Shown here one piece after another: positions 41,672 through 52,800 of a stretch of 64,000 nt of DNA. The DNA comes from Falsiroseomonas sp. GTDB taxonomy: Bacteria; Pseudomonadota; Alphaproteobacteria; Acetobacterales; Acetobacteraceae. How positions within the stretch are numbered: the stretch's first letter is position 1; each line of letters starts with the position of its first letter. The stretch spans positions 11,501 through 75,500 of the forward strand of contig NZ_JBHYDM010000017.1 of NCBI RefSeq assembly GCF_051860665.1, read 5' to 3'. The translations under genes and the position numbers were made by a program. Below the pieces are notes generated by a model. The model was not told the DNA's origin. It worked only from the letters and a program-made list of their open reading frames with translations, and did not search any database.

Positions 41672-42412
41672 ATGAGCGTCGTATCCTTCGAGGGCGTCTG
41701 CAAGCGCTTCGGCACGGCGGAGGTGCTGCGCGACATCACGCTGGACATCGCGGAGGGCGAGGTGGTGACCGTCATCGGTCCCTCCGGCGCCGGCAAGTCC
41801 ACGCTGCTGCGCTGCGTGAACCAGTTGGAACGGCATGACAGCGGCCGCATCCTGATCGATGGCGAGCCGATCGGCCGCGGCCAGCGGATGCGCGACCTGG
41901 CGCGGCTGCGCCAGCGCGTCGGCATGGTGTTCCAGTCCTTCAACCTGTGGCCGCATCTCTCGGCGCTCGGCAATGTCATGGAGGGGCCGCGACAGGTGCT
42001 GGGGCTGCCGCAGCGGGAGGCCGAGGCGCGCGCCGGCGCGCTGCTGGAGCGCGTCGGGCTCTCCGCCCATGCGGCGAAGTATCCCGCGCAGCTGTCCGGC
42101 GGCCAGCAGCAGCGCGTCGCCATCGCCCGGGCACTGGCGATGCAGCCGCGCGTGATGCTGTTCGACGAGGCGACGAGCGCGCTGGACCCGGAACTGGTCG
42201 GCGAGGTGCTGGCGGTGATGACGCAATTGGCCGCCGAGGGCATGACCATGATCGTGGTCACGCATGAGATGGGCTTCGCCCGCGAAGTGGCGCATCGCGT
42301 CGTGCTGATGGCGGAAGGCGCGATCGTCGAGCAGGGCCGGCCGGCCGAGTTCTTCGCGGCCCCAAGGGAAGCCCGCAGCCGCGCCTTCCTCGGCAAGGTG
42401 CTGAAGGCGTGA
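41672..42412 (+). CDS. Polar amino acid ABC transporter ATPase
   Basis: [49 protein letters not shown]. Confidence 0.96.
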   Translation: MSVVSFEGVCKRFGTAEVLRDITLDIAEGEVVTVIGPSGAGKSTLLRCVNQLERHDSGRILIDGEPIGRGQRMRDLARLRQRVGMVFQSFNLWPHLSALGNVMEGPRQVLGLPQREAEARAGALLERVGLSAHAAKYPAQLSGGQQQRVAIARALAMQPRVMLFDEATSALDPELVGEVLAVMTQLAAEGMTMIVVTHEMGFAREVAHRVVLMAEGAIVEQGRPAEFFAAPREARSRAFLGKVLKA

Positions 42413-43533
42413 GCCGCATCGCGGCGGTGGAGCCGCATCCGCTCCGCCTGCCGCCCGAGACTCCCGGCGGGCGGCAGGAGGAGTGCTTCCTGCTGCGCAT
42501 CGTCACCGAGGATGGCCGCGAGGGCTGGGGCGAGGCGCATGGCAGCCCCTGGCTCTGCCATGCCGTGGTGGAAGCCCCCGTCACCCATGTGACCGCCCAG
42601 GGGCTGCGCCACATCCTGCTGGGGCAGGATGCGGCGGATGTGCCGGCACTGCGGCGGCGGATGGAGAAGGGCACGCAGTGGATCGGGCGCGACGGCGTCG
42701 TGATGCAGGCCATCGCGGCGGCGGAGATCGCGCTCTGGGACCTGGCGGGCCAGCGTGCCGGGCTGCCGCTGGCGCGCCTGCTGGCCGCCGCGCCGCGCAG
42801 CGCCCTGCCCTGCTATGCCAGCGCCAAGGTCGCCGCCACGCCGGAGGGCACCGCCGTGCGCATCGCGGCGGAACGCGCCGCCGGCTTCGCCGCGCACAAG
42901 ATCGGCTGGCCGCCCTTCGGCGCCTCGCTGGACGGCGACCTCGCCTTCCTGGAAGCCGCGCGCGATGCCGCGGCGCCCGGCGCGCTGCTGATGGTGGATG
43001 CCGCCCAGGCCTTCGACGAGCCGACGGCGCTGGCCCGCGCACGCGCCTTCGCCCGCTTCGACCTGGCCTGGCTGGAGGAGCCGCTGGATCGCGACGACCT
43101 GGACGGCCAGGCCCGGCTGCGCGCCGCCAGCCCCGTGCCGATCGCAGCCGGCGAGGGCGAATGCGGGCTACCCGGCCTCACCCGCATCGCGAGGCTTGTG
43201 GACGTGCTGCAGCCCGATGTGACGCGCTGCGGCATCCTGGCCGCGCTGGCCGCCGCCCCGCTGGCGCCGCGCGTCTGCAGCCATTCCTTCACCACGCTGC
43301 TGAACGTGGTGGCCCATGCCCATGCGCTGGCCGCCATGCCGAATGGCTGGATGCTGGAATGGCCGGTGCGCGGCCTGGCCATGTGGGAGGCGCTGTTCCC
43401 CGGCGCCGCGCGGCTGCGCGACGGCCACTTCACCCTTCCCCAAGCCGCGGGCCTCGGCCTGCGGCCCGATCCCGCCGCGCTGGCCCGCCATCGCATGCCC
43501 AGCCTGCCCGACCCCGATTTGCGAGTGCCTTGA
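42409..43533 (+). CDS. Mandelate racemase/muconate lactonizing enzyme family
   Basis: [19 protein letters not shown], metal ligands [21 protein letters not shown]. Confidence 0.9.
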   Translation: MSRIAAVEPHPLRLPPETPGGRQEECFLLRIVTEDGREGWGEAHGSPWLCHAVVEAPVTHVTAQGLRHILLGQDAADVPALRRRMEKGTQWIGRDGVVMQAIAAAEIALWDLAGQRAGLPLARLLAAAPRSALPCYASAKVAATPEGTAVRIAAERAAGFAAHKIGWPPFGASLDGDLAFLEAARDAAAPGALLMVDAAQAFDEPTALARARAFARFDLAWLEEPLDRDDLDGQARLRAASPVPIAAGEGECGLPGLTRIARLVDVLQPDVTRCGILAALAAAPLAPRVCSHSFTTLLNVVAHAHALAAMPNGWMLEWPVRGLAMWEALFPGAARLRDGHFTLPQAAGLGLRPDPAALARHRMPSLPDPDLRVP

Positions 43534-43534
43534 G

Positions 43535-44866
43535 ATGACACAACGCCGGCAGATGACGCTCGGTCTTTTCGTCGAACCCTATGGCCGCCACGTCGCCGCC
43601 TGGCGCCACCCGGCCGCCACGCGGATGGCCGGGATCGACTTCGGCTACTACCGCGACCTGGCGCAGCTCGCCGAATCCGCCTGCCTGCACTTCATGTTCA
43701 TCGCCGATACCAACAATGTCTGGGCGGATATGGACTTCTTCAGCCGCAGCGACCGCGGCGCCATCCTGGACCCGATGCAACTGCTGCCGGCGCTGTCGCA
43801 GGTGACGCAGCGCATCGGGCTGATCGCCACCACCTCCACCACCTATACCCAGCCCTATCATGTCGCCCGCAGCTTCGCCTCGCTGGACCAGTTGAGCGGC
43901 GGCCGCGCCGGGTGGAACCTCGTCACCTCCATGTTCGCGGCGGAGGCGCAGAACTTCTCCACCCCCGTGCAGATGCCGCATGGCGACCGCTACGCCCGCG
44001 CCGAGGAATTCGTCGATGTGGTGCGCGGCCTGTGGTCGAGCTGGGAGGAGGATGCCTTCCTGCATGACCAGGACAGCGGCCTGTTCTTCGACCCGGCGCG
44101 CCTGCATATCCTGCACCACGCCGGCGAGCATTTCCTGGTGCGCGGCCCGCTGAACGTCCCGCCTTCCCCCCAGGGCCAGCCGGTGATCGTGCAGGCCGGC
44201 TCCTCCGATGCCGGGCGGGACCTGGCGGCGCGCACGGCGGAGGTGGTCTTCACCATCCAGCAGACCCTGCCCGCCGCCCAGGCCTTCTATGCCGACCTGA
44301 AGGGCCGCATGGCCACCTTCGGCCGCAGCCCGGACCAGCTGCACATCATGCCGGGCTGCTTCATCATGGTCGGCCGGACGGAAGCCGAGGCGCGGGAGAA
44401 GTTCGAGGAGCTGCAGGCCCTGGTGCATCCCAAGGTCGGCCTGTCCCTGCTCTCCACCCTGCTCGGCGGCATCGACCTCTCCGCCTATCCGCTGGATGGC
44501 CCGGTGCCGGACCTGCCGGAGACCCAGGCCGGCAAGGGCCACCAGGCCACGCTGCTGGATCGGGCGCGGCGCGATGGGCTGACCATCCGGCAGCTCTACC
44601 TCGCCACCATGGGCGGGCGCGGACACTGGGAGCTGGTCGGCACGCCCGCGCAGATCGTGGACCAGATGGAGGAACGCTTCCTGGCCCATGCGGCGGATGG
44701 CTTCAACATCATGCCGCCCTTCCCCGGTGCGCTGCGGGAGATCGTGGACCTCGTGATCCCCGAGCTGCGCCGTCGCGGCCTGTTCCAGGACGCCTATGCC
44801 GGCACCACGCTGCGCGCGAATCTCGGCCTCGCCAAACCCGGCCGCCCCAAGAAGGAGCCCCGCTGA
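43535..44866 (+). CDS. LLM-class flavin-dependent monooxygenase (NtaA/SnaA/DszA family)
   Basis: AWRHP, FIAD, ARSFASLDQLSGGRAGWNLVTS, YARAEEF, SWEEDA, QAGSS, LRANLGL. Confidence 0.93.
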   Translation: MTQRRQMTLGLFVEPYGRHVAAWRHPAATRMAGIDFGYYRDLAQLAESACLHFMFIADTNNVWADMDFFSRSDRGAILDPMQLLPALSQVTQRIGLIATTSTTYTQPYHVARSFASLDQLSGGRAGWNLVTSMFAAEAQNFSTPVQMPHGDRYARAEEFVDVVRGLWSSWEEDAFLHDQDSGLFFDPARLHILHHAGEHFLVRGPLNVPPSPQGQPVIVQAGSSDAGRDLAARTAEVVFTIQQTLPAAQAFYADLKGRMATFGRSPDQLHIMPGCFIMVGRTEAEAREKFEELQALVHPKVGLSLLSTLLGGIDLSAYPLDGPVPDLPETQAGKGHQATLLDRARRDGLTIRQLYLATMGGRGHWELVGTPAQIVDQMEERFLAHAADGFNIMPPFPGALREIVDLVIPELRRRGLFQDAYAGTTLRANLGLAKPGRPKKEPR

Positions 44867-45657
44867 TGCGCCTCACCCCGCGTTCCCGCCTGCTCGCCCT
44901 GGCCGGCCTGGCCCTGGCCCCCGCCCTGGCCGCGCCCCGCCTGGCGCGGGCGGACCTGGCTTCGGTCCGCCGCGCCGGCGTGATGCGCATCGCCACCACC
45001 GGCACCCGCGTGCCCTGGACCTATACCGACCAGAACAACCGCCTGACCGGCTACGACATCGCCTGGGGCGAGCTGATCTGCGCCGATCTCGGCCTGCGCG
45101 CCGATTGGTCCAAGCTGGATTTCCGCGGCATGCTGCCGGGGCTGCTGGCCGGGCAATACGATGCCGTCATGTCCGGCGTCACCATCACCGAGCAACGCCA
45201 GCAGACCTTCGCCTTCTCCGAACCCTATGCCTATGACGACACGGTCGCCGTGGTGCGCGCCGACAATGCGCGGGTGCGGGAGATGGCGGATCTGCGCGGC
45301 CTGGTCGTCGGCGCCGGCACCGGTTCGCAGCAGGAGAGCATCGCCAAGGCCATCCCCGGCGTGCGGGAGGTGCGCAGCCTGCCGGGCTTCACCGACCTGA
45401 TCCTCAATATCCGCACCAATCGCATCGATGCCATGGTGACCAGCGGGCTCGCCGCCTCCCACTACCTGGCCACCACGCCCAATTCCGGGCTCCGCATCGC
45501 CGGCAGCGGCGTGGAGCCCGCCTTCCAGGGCGTGGTGCTGCGCAAGGGGGAGCCGGAGATGGAGGCGGCGGTGAGCGGCGTCATCCGCGCCCGCAAGGCC
45601 GACGGCACCTACCGCCGGCTGTTCCGGGAGCATTTCGGCATGGACCCTGCGCGGTAG
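44866..45657 (+). CDS. Polar amino acid ABC substrate-binding protein (family 3)
   Basis: Signal peptide; PWTY..GYDI, LLAGQYDAVMSGVTITEQR, SEPY. Confidence 0.92.
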   Translation: MRLTPRSRLLALAGLALAPALAAPRLARADLASVRRAGVMRIATTGTRVPWTYTDQNNRLTGYDIAWGELICADLGLRADWSKLDFRGMLPGLLAGQYDAVMSGVTITEQRQQTFAFSEPYAYDDTVAVVRADNARVREMADLRGLVVGAGTGSQQESIAKAIPGVREVRSLPGFTDLILNIRTNRIDAMVTSGLAASHYLATTPNSGLRIAGSGVEPAFQGVVLRKGEPEMEAAVSGVIRARKADGTYRRLFREHFGMDPAR

Positions 45658-45663
45658 AGGATC

Positions 45664-46731
45664 CTATCCGCGGGCGAGTGCGGCGCGGATGATGCCGAGC
45701 GCGTCCTCGATCATCGGCGCCGTCACATCCAGATGCGTGCAGGCGCGCAGACGCCCGCCCAGCAGGGACAGGGCCAGGCCCTCCATCCGCACCCGCCGCA
45801 CCAGCTCCGTGGCCGCGACGCCGGTGCCGGGTATGGTGAAGAAGACCAGGTTGGTGTCGGGGTCCTGCACCTCGACGCCTTCCATCTGCGCCAGGCCGCG
45901 GGCGAGCGACTTGGCATTGGCGTGGTCCTCGGCCAGCCGGTCCACATTGTGGTCGAGCGCGTAGAGGCACCCCGCCGCGCAGATGCCCGCCTGCCGCATG
46001 GCACCGCCCAGCCGCTGCTTCCAGCGCCAGGCCTCGTCGATGAAGTCCGCGCTGCCGCAGAGCACGGCGCCGAGCGGGGCGCCGAGGCCCTTGGTGAAGT
46101 CGAGCCAGACGCTGTCGTACCCCGCGACCATATCGGCCGGCGCGACGCCGGCGGCGACGCAGGCATTCATCAGCCGGGCGCCGTCCATATGCGTATTGAG
46201 GCCCGCGCCATGGGCGATGGCGGCGATCTCATCCAGCGTGGTCTTGGCCCAGACGGCGCCGCCGCCTGTATTCGCCGTCTGCTCCACCTCCACCAGCCGC
46301 TGCGTCGGCGTGTGGCGCGACTTGCCGCGCAATGCGCCACGCAGGGCATCGGGCGAGTACATGCCGCGCGGGCCGGTCAGGGGAAGAATCTGCACGCTGC
46401 CGAGGGCGGCATGGGCGCCGCCCTCGCTGGTCAGGATATGCGCGGTTTCATGGGCGATGATCTCCTCGCCCGGGCGGCAATGCACCAGGGTCGAGGCGAC
46501 GTTGCACATGGTGCCGGAGGGCATGAAGACCGCAGCCTGCTTCCCCATCAGCGCCGCCATGCGGTCGCAGAGCGCATGCACGGTGGGGTCGTCGCCATGC
46601 TGCTCGTCGCCGACCTCGGCGCGCATCATGGCATCCAGCATCGCCGGCGTCGGCTTGGTCTGGGTGTCCGAATAGAGGTTGATGCGGACGGGCGGCGCGC
46701 CGGCGGGCGGGCGTTCGGGGGCGTGGACCAT
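45664..46731 (-). CDS. Low-specificity L-threonine aldolase
   Basis: SDTQT, VGDEQHGDDPTV, SGTMCN, HMDGARL, DFTKGLGAPLG. Confidence 0.92.
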   Translation of the reverse strand: MVHAPERPPAGAPPVRINLYSDTQTKPTPAMLDAMMRAEVGDEQHGDDPTVHALCDRMAALMGKQAAVFMPSGTMCNVASTLVHCRPGEEIIAHETAHILTSEGGAHAALGSVQILPLTGPRGMYSPDALRGALRGKSRHTPTQRLVEVEQTANTGGGAVWAKTTLDEIAAIAHGAGLNTHMDGARLMNACVAAGVAPADMVAGYDSVWLDFTKGLGAPLGAVLCGSADFIDEAWRWKQRLGGAMRQAGICAAGCLYALDHNVDRLAEDHANAKSLARGLAQMEGVEVQDPDTNLVFFTIPGTGVAATELVRRVRMEGLALSLLGGRLRACTHLDVTAPMIEDALGIIRAALARG

Positions 46732-46786
46732 GCGGCGGGGCTCCGGCGTTTGTGCCGGCGCACTCCGCTATGGGTGCCGGGCTACG

Positions 46787-47434
46787 TCAAGTCGCGCTGG
46801 CCATGTGATGCTTCGCCCAGAGCGGCGCGATGGCCGGGCGCCGCGCCACCGCCTGGGCCAGGGCCTCGATCCGCGGCAGGTGGGCCGGGGTCCAGACGCG
46901 GCCGCCGGCCCAGCGGGACAGCACGGCGATATAGAGATCCGCCACGCTGAAGCGCGTGCCGAGCAGATAGGGCGAGGCCGGATCGCCGGTGAGGCCCGCA
47001 TGCGCCTCGATCACCCGCATCACGTCGCGCGCCATCTCCTGCGCCCGATCCTTCAGCGCCTGGTGCTGGTCCGGCGTCACGCCGAAGCGGGCCGGATAAT
47101 CCCAGCGGGTGATCTGCGGATAGAATTCGCCGGCCAGCAGCGCCATCCAGCGCAGCGCCCGGGCCCGGCCGGAATCGCCCGGCGGCGGGAGCAGGCCGGG
47201 ATGGATATCGGCCAGCGTCACCAGGATGGCGAGGCTTTCCGTCATCACCGTGCCATCCGGCAGGATCAGCGTCGGCAGCCGGCCCATGGGGTTGATGGCG
47301 CGATAGTCCGCGCGCAGCTGGTGGTCGCCCTCCAGCGGCACCTCGCGCAGTCCCACCGGGGCGCCGACCTCGGCCAGCGCCATCTCGACAGGGGCGGAGC
47401 CGGAGCCGGCCTCGCCATAGAGGATGTAGGACAT
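46787..47434 (-). CDS. Glutathione S-transferase family
   Basis: LYGEAGSGS, INPMGRLPTL, TESLAI, FSVADLY. Confidence 0.9.
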   Translation of the reverse strand: MSYILYGEAGSGSAPVEMALAEVGAPVGLREVPLEGDHQLRADYRAINPMGRLPTLILPDGTVMTESLAILVTLADIHPGLLPPPGDSGRARALRWMALLAGEFYPQITRWDYPARFGVTPDQHQALKDRAQEMARDVMRVIEAHAGLTGDPASPYLLGTRFSVADLYIAVLSRWAGGRVWTPAHLPRIEALAQAVARRPAIAPLWAKHHMASAT

Positions 47435-47546
47435 GTGTCGCAGCATGCGCGAAGTGGCGGCGGCGCGTAACACGCAACGGCGTGAAGCCGCGCGCCTGCC
47501 ATGCGATGCTTCGTTCCGGAGTGGGCATCCGTGCGGAGGGCGAGGC

Positions 47547-48545
47547 GTGGCGGTCAGGGCATGGCTTGCGATCTGGATCCTGCTGCTGGCCGCCTGCGGG
47601 ACGGCGGCCCCGCCCCCGCCCGCCACCGTCACGGCCTTCCGGGTGACGCCGGCAGACCGCGCGACACCGGTTTCCCATATTCTCGGCGGACCGCATCGTG
47701 TGACCGAGGGCTATTGGCCGCCCGATCCCGCGATCCTGGACGGGGCGAGCCGCTTCCTGCTGGAGCAGCGCGAGGACGGACGCTTCGATGCCTCCCTGGT
47801 GATCGCCCGCCAGTCGCTGGACCCGGCGGCGCATCTTTCGCCCGAACAGGTTGCCATCCTGACAACCTTCCGGCATTGCCTCGGCATCCCCGATATCCCG
47901 CTGGCGCGGCTGCGGCCGCACTACCTGTTCACGCGGTTCATCGCCTTCCCGCAGGCGCGTTGGCACGAGGCCGGTTGCGTCGAGCATGCGCGCGTCATGC
48001 GGGACCTGATGCCGGCACCTGGCATGATCGAGCCCGTTCCCGGCAGCCATCTGCCCGTGCCGCCGCCCGGCATCGGGGGTGATGCCTGGCTGGCGGCGGA
48101 AGCGCGCCGGCGCAACATCCCGGTGGACGGACTGGAGACACCGTCCGAGGCCATGGCCATGATGGCGCGGGCGCCGGATCGCGTCTGGTACGGTGCCCTG
48201 CGGCAGGCGCTGGCGGTGGACCGGGGCAGCGTCGAACGCATCGCCCTGCTTGATCGGGCCCGCAGGGAGGCCACCTTCGCGCAGGATTACGAACGGCTTC
48301 GCGACGTGTCGATGCAGGCCCTCGCACCGGACCCCGCGGACCGCATCCTGCTCGCCCGGCACTTCGTTGATGATCGCAATGCGCTGATGGCCGAGCGCCT
48401 GCTGCCGATCCTGCAGCAGGACAGCGTGGTGGCGACCTTCGGCTCCGCCCATCTCGCCGGGCCCACCGGCGTGCCGGCACTGCTGCGCCAGGCCGGGATG
48501 CGGGTGGAGCGGGTGCGCATCCGGGCCTATGGCGCCACGCCGTAG
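47547..48545 (+). CDS. TraB/GumN (Tiki-like) family lipoprotein
   Basis: LLLAA-C lipobox; GLET, DDRNALMAERL, FGSAHLAGPTGV..LLRQAG; start uncertain. Confidence 0.75.
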   Translation: MAVRAWLAIWILLLAACGTAAPPPPATVTAFRVTPADRATPVSHILGGPHRVTEGYWPPDPAILDGASRFLLEQREDGRFDASLVIARQSLDPAAHLSPEQVAILTTFRHCLGIPDIPLARLRPHYLFTRFIAFPQARWHEAGCVEHARVMRDLMPAPGMIEPVPGSHLPVPPPGIGGDAWLAAEARRRNIPVDGLETPSEAMAMMARAPDRVWYGALRQALAVDRGSVERIALLDRARREATFAQDYERLRDVSMQALAPDPADRILLARHFVDDRNALMAERLLPILQQDSVVATFGSAHLAGPTGVPALLRQAGMRVERVRIRAYGATP

Positions 48546-48573
48546 CGCGCGGCGTCCCGCCGGGTGGCCAAGA

Positions 48574-49371
48574 TCAGAAGAAGGGCAGCGGCCCCCGGAA
48601 GCTGCCGATCGGCACCAGATGCGTCACCAGCCCGGTCTCCAGCCGCCAATGGTGCAGCAGCATCCCGGGCGGCTCGACGAAGCTCGCCGGCTCGGCCCCC
48701 GGCGCCAGGCGCAGGGCGAGCGCCGTGGTGGTGCTCGGCGCGGTCATCAGCAGGGCGCCGGCGAAGCGGAGCTGCATGAAGCGGTGGACGTGGCCGCAGA
48801 GGATGCGCTCCACCGAAGGATGGCGCGCGACGATCTCGGCCAGGCGTTCGCCGCCATGGCAGCGATAGGGGTCGATGAAGGGGATGCCGCTGGCGAAGGG
48901 CGGCTGGTGCATCATGATGAGCGTGGGCCGACCCGGCTGTTCCGCCAGCCGCGCCTCCAGCCAGGCACAGGCGGCGGCATCCATCTCGCCGTGATGCGCG
49001 CCGGGCACGGTGACATCGAGGCCCAGCACCCGCAGCGGACCGGGTCCATCGACGGCGAAATGCAGCGGGCCGGAGGCCGGCAGATGTGGATGATGCACGA
49101 AGCTGCGCCGGAAGGCTTCCCGGCAATCGTGATTGCCGGGGATCACCAGCAGCGGCACCCGCAGGCGCGCGAGCAGCGCGGCGGCCTGGGCATATTCGGC
49201 CTCCGTCCCCTCATCGACCAGGTCGCCGCTGAGCAGCACCAGGTCGGGCTGCGGGTCCAGGCTGGCAAGCTGGTCCAGCGCCGCCGCGAACATGGCGTTG
49301 GAGTCCACCAGCCCCTGGTACAGCACGCCCGGCGGCCGCAGATGCGGGTCCGAGAGCTGGGCGATCAGCAT
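48574..49371 (-). CDS. Class III cyclic-nucleotide phosphodiesterase (CpdA-like)
   Basis: LSDPH, SGDLVD, PGNHD, MMHQPP, CGHVH. Confidence 0.9.
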   Translation of the reverse strand: MLIAQLSDPHLRPPGVLYQGLVDSNAMFAAALDQLASLDPQPDLVLLSGDLVDEGTEAEYAQAAALLARLRVPLLVIPGNHDCREAFRRSFVHHPHLPASGPLHFAVDGPGPLRVLGLDVTVPGAHHGEMDAAACAWLEARLAEQPGRPTLIMMHQPPFASGIPFIDPYRCHGGERLAEIVARHPSVERILCGHVHRFMQLRFAGALLMTAPSTTTALALRLAPGAEPASFVEPPGMLLHHWRLETGLVTHLVPIGSFRGPLPFF

Positions 49372-49378
49372 GGCCGCC

Positions 49379-49849
49379 TCAGGCGGAAGGCGCGGGCGTC
49401 GCAGCCGGCGGCGGGGGCGCGCGGCGATAGAGGTTGGCGGCGCGGCGTTCGAAGGACCGCACCATCAGCCGCACCGCCTCGTTGAAGACGGTGCCGATCA
49501 CGGCCTGCAGCAGGCGCGACTTGAATTCGAAATCGACGAAGAAATCGACCTCCGTCCCCTGCGCCACCGGCCGGAAGCGCCAGTGGTTGTTCAGGTAGCG
49601 GAAGGGACCCGTCAGGTAGCGCACATGGACATGATGCGGCCGTTCCAGCGTCACCTGGCTGCGAAAGGTCTCGCGGAACATCTTGAAGCCGATGGTGAGG
49701 TCGGCGATCAGCTCGTTCTCGGTGCGAGAGACAATGCGCGCGCCGACGCACCAGGGCAGGAATTCCGGGTAGCGGCGCACATCGGCCACCATGTCGAAGA
49801 GCTGCTCATCCGTATAGGGCAGCACCCGCTTCTCGGCATGGGTGGGCAT
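49379..49849 (-). CDS. ratA: RatA/Coq10 START-domain protein
   Basis: VADVRRYPEFLPWC, GPFRYLNNHWRF, VDFEFKS, FERRA. Confidence 0.92.
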   Translation of the reverse strand: MPTHAEKRVLPYTDEQLFDMVADVRRYPEFLPWCVGARIVSRTENELIADLTIGFKMFRETFRSQVTLERPHHVHVRYLTGPFRYLNNHWRFRPVAQGTEVDFFVDFEFKSRLLQAVIGTVFNEAVRLMVRSFERRAANLYRRAPPPPAATPAPSA

Positions 49850-50820
49850 CAGGCGGCCTTCAGCTTGGCGATACGCGCATCCCGCAGCGCCGCGAAATCG
49901 CGGTCGGCGTGGTAGGAAGACCGGGTCAGCGGCGTGGCGGAAACGAGGAGGAACCCCTTGCCGCGCGCCGCCTGCGCATAGTCCGAGAACTCATCCGGCG
50001 TGACGAAGCGATCCACCGCCGCATGCTTCACCGTGGGCTGAAGGTACTGGCCGATGGTCAGGAAATCGATATCGGCGCTGCGCATGTCGTCCATGACCTG
50101 CAGCACCTCGATCCGCTTCTCGCCGAGGCCCACCATGATGCCGGACTTGGTGAAGATGGTGGGGTCGAGCTGCTTCACCCGGTCCAGCAGCCGCAGCGAA
50201 TGGTAGTACTTCGCGCCCGGCCGGATCGTCGGATACAGCGCGGGCACCGTCTCCAGGTTGTGGTTGAAGACGTCGGGCCGCGCCGCCACCACCACCTCCA
50301 GCGCACCGTCCTTGCGCAGGAAGTCGGGGGTCAGGATTTCGATGGTGGTCTCGGGGGCCGCGGCGCGGATGGCGGCGATGGTTTCCGCGAAATGGCGGGC
50401 GCCGCCATCGGCCAGGTCGTCGCGGTCGACGGAGGTGATGACCACGTGGCGCAGGCCCAGCTTCGCCACCGCATCGGCCACCCGGCGCGGCTCATCCGTG
50501 TCCAGCGCCTTCGGCATGCCGGTGATGACGTTGCAGAAGGAGCAGGCGCGGGTGCAGGTGTCGCCCATGATCATCATGGTGGCGTGGCGCTGCGACCAGC
50601 ACTCGCCGATATTCGGGCAGGCCGCCTCCTCGCAGACCGTGACCAGGCCATTGGCCCGCATCAGCGCGTGGGTCTCGCGGTAGATCGGGCTGGTGGGCGC
50701 CTTCACCCGGATCCAGTCGGGCTTCCGCTGGATCGGGTTGTCGGGGCGCTTCGCCTTCTCAGGATGCCTTTCGGCACCCGTCCGGGCGGCCCGGTGGTCG
50801 ATTTCGAGGCGGGTGCTCAT
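49849..50820 (-). CDS. lipA: Lipoyl synthase
   Basis: [45 protein letters not shown]. Confidence 0.98.
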   Translation of the reverse strand: MSTRLEIDHRAARTGAERHPEKAKRPDNPIQRKPDWIRVKAPTSPIYRETHALMRANGLVTVCEEAACPNIGECWSQRHATMMIMGDTCTRACSFCNVITGMPKALDTDEPRRVADAVAKLGLRHVVITSVDRDDLADGGARHFAETIAAIRAAAPETTIEILTPDFLRKDGALEVVVAARPDVFNHNLETVPALYPTIRPGAKYYHSLRLLDRVKQLDPTIFTKSGIMVGLGEKRIEVLQVMDDMRSADIDFLTIGQYLQPTVKHAAVDRFVTPDEFSDYAQAARGKGFLLVSATPLTRSSYHADRDFAALRDARIAKLKAA

Positions 50821-50824
50821 GGCG

Positions 50825-52219
50825 CTAGATGTGGATCACCCGGCCATAGGCATCAAGCACCGACTCATGCATCGTCTCGGAAACCGTCGGATGCGGGAAG
50901 ACGGTGTGCATCAGCTCGGCCTCGGTCGATTCCAGGGTGCGGGCGATGCCGTAGCCCTGGATCATTTCCGTCACCTCGGGCCCGACCATATGCGCGCCCA
51001 GCAGCTCGCCGGTCTTGGCGTCGAAGACGGTCTTCACCAGGCCCTCGGGCTCACCCATGGCGATGGCCTTGCCATTGCCGATGAAGGGGAAGCGGCCGAC
51101 GCGGACCTCGTGGCCCAGCTCCTTCGCCTTCTTCTCCGTCAGGCCGACGCTGGCCACCTGCGGGCGGCAATAGGTGCAGCCCGGGATGTTCAGCACGTCC
51201 ATGGGGTGCGGGTGCTTGCCGGCGATCGCCTCGACGCAGATCACCGCCTCATGGGAGGCCTTGTGGGCCAGCCAGGGGGCGCCGGTGAGGTCGCCGATGG
51301 CATAGACGCCGGGCTCCCCGGTCGCGCCGAAGGCGTCCGTCACCACATGGGTGCGCTCCACCTTCACCTTGGTCCCTTCAAGGCCAAGGTCTTCCACATT
51401 GCCGACGATGCCGACGGCGGAGATCATGCGGTCCGCGGTGATCTCCTGCACCTTGCCGTTCGCCTCGACGATGGCGGTGATGCTGTCCGCACCCTTGCGC
51501 ACGCCCTGCACCCGCGCGCCGGTGATGATCTGCATCTTCTGCTTGGCGAAGGCCTTGTGGACGAAGGCCGAAATCTCCTCGTCTTCCACCGGCAGGATGC
51601 GGTCCATCACCTCGATCAAGGTGACCTCGGCGCCCATGTTCAGGTAGAAGCTGGCGAATTCGGAGCCGATGGCGCCGGAGCCCATGACGATCAGCTTCTT
51701 CGGCAGGGCCGCGGGGGTCATCGCCTCCCGATAGGACCAGATCAGCTTGCCGTCCGGCTCCATCCCCGGCAGCACGCGCGCCCGCGCGCCGGTGGCCAGC
51801 AGGATGTGCTTGGCCTGGATATCCGCCGCCGGCTTGCCGTCCTTGGTGACGGAGAGCTTCCCGGGGCCCGCGAGCTTGCCGTGGCCGTCGAAGACGGTGA
51901 CCTTGTTCTTCTTCATCAGGTGCTTCACGCCACCCGAGAGCTGGCCCGCCACGGCGCGCGACCGCTTCACGACTTTCGCAAAGTCGAAGCGGATATTGTC
52001 GGCCGCAAAACCATAGGCATCCAGCGTGTGCAGCAGATGGTTGATCTCGCTGGCGCGCAGAAGTGCCTTGGTCGGGATGCAGCCCCAGTTGAGGCAGATG
52101 CCGCCCAGATTCTCGCGCTCCACCAGCGCGACCTTCATGCCGAGCTGGCTGGCGCGGATGGCGCCGACATAGCCACCGGGGCCGCCGCCAACGACGACGA
52201 GATCGAAAGTCTCGGCCAT
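50825..52219 (-). CDS. lpdA: Dihydrolipoamide dehydrogenase
   Basis: [34 protein letters not shown]. Confidence 0.97.
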   Translation of the reverse strand: MAETFDLVVVGGGPGGYVGAIRASQLGMKVALVERENLGGICLNWGCIPTKALLRASEINHLLHTLDAYGFAADNIRFDFAKVVKRSRAVAGQLSGGVKHLMKKNKVTVFDGHGKLAGPGKLSVTKDGKPAADIQAKHILLATGARARVLPGMEPDGKLIWSYREAMTPAALPKKLIVMGSGAIGSEFASFYLNMGAEVTLIEVMDRILPVEDEEISAFVHKAFAKQKMQIITGARVQGVRKGADSITAIVEANGKVQEITADRMISAVGIVGNVEDLGLEGTKVKVERTHVVTDAFGATGEPGVYAIGDLTGAPWLAHKASHEAVICVEAIAGKHPHPMDVLNIPGCTYCRPQVASVGLTEKKAKELGHEVRVGRFPFIGNGKAIAMGEPEGLVKTVFDAKTGELLGAHMVGPEVTEMIQGYGIARTLESTEAELMHTVFPHPTVSETMHESVLDAYGRVIHI

Positions 52220-52220
52220 T

Positions 52221-52706
52221 TCAGGATTCTCCTGCCAGGGCGCGCAGCGCGTCACCCGAGAGGCGCCTTACGCGCCATTCATCGCGGCTTTCCGAGCCGA
52301 TGCGGTCATAGAAGCGGATGGCCGGTGCGTTCCAGTCCAGCACCTGCCATTCCATCCGCGTGCAGTTCTCCGCCACGGCGCGCTTCGCGAGGTGACGGAA
52401 GAAGGCCATGCCGACGCCGAGGCCCCGATGGGCGGGCTCGACATAGATGTCCTCGAGATAGATGCCCGGGCGGCCGGTGAAGGTCGAGAAGTTGTAGAAC
52501 CAGATCGCCTGGCCGATGGCGCGACCATCGCGTTCCGCCAGGGTGCAGAAGACGCGTGGAGTCGGGCCGAACAGGGCCTCGCGGAAATCCGCCTCGGTGC
52601 CGACGGCCTCGTGCAGCAGCTTCTCGTACTCGGCGAGGTCGCGGACCAGGCGGAGGATTTCCGGCAGGTCCGCCTCGGTCGCGTCGCGCAGGGTGAAGTT
52701 GGTCAC
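52221..52706 (-). CDS. GNAT N-acetyltransferase (SSAT-like)
   Basis: LAEYEK, NFSTFTGRPGIYLEDIYV, RGLGVG, VLDWNAPAIRFY. Confidence 0.92.
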   Translation of the reverse strand: MTNFTLRDATEADLPEILRLVRDLAEYEKLLHEAVGTEADFREALFGPTPRVFCTLAERDGRAIGQAIWFYNFSTFTGRPGIYLEDIYVEPAHRGLGVGMAFFRHLAKRAVAENCTRMEWQVLDWNAPAIRFYDRIGSESRDEWRVRRLSGDALRALAGES

Positions 52707-52712
52707 GTCACA

Positions 52713-52800
52713 CCCCCACCCCGACCCTCCCCCGCAAAGGCGGGGGAGGGAGAAGGACTGCTCCCTCCCCCGTGGTTACGGGGGAGGGTCGGGGTGGGGG
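52713..52800. repeat. REP-like palindromic doublet (variant)
   Basis: CCCCCACCCCGACCCTCCCCCGCAAAGGCGGGGGAGGGAG (52713-52752) and inverted CTCCCTCCCCCGTGGTTACGGGGGAGGGTCGGGGTGGGGG (52761-52800). Confidence 0.85.
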
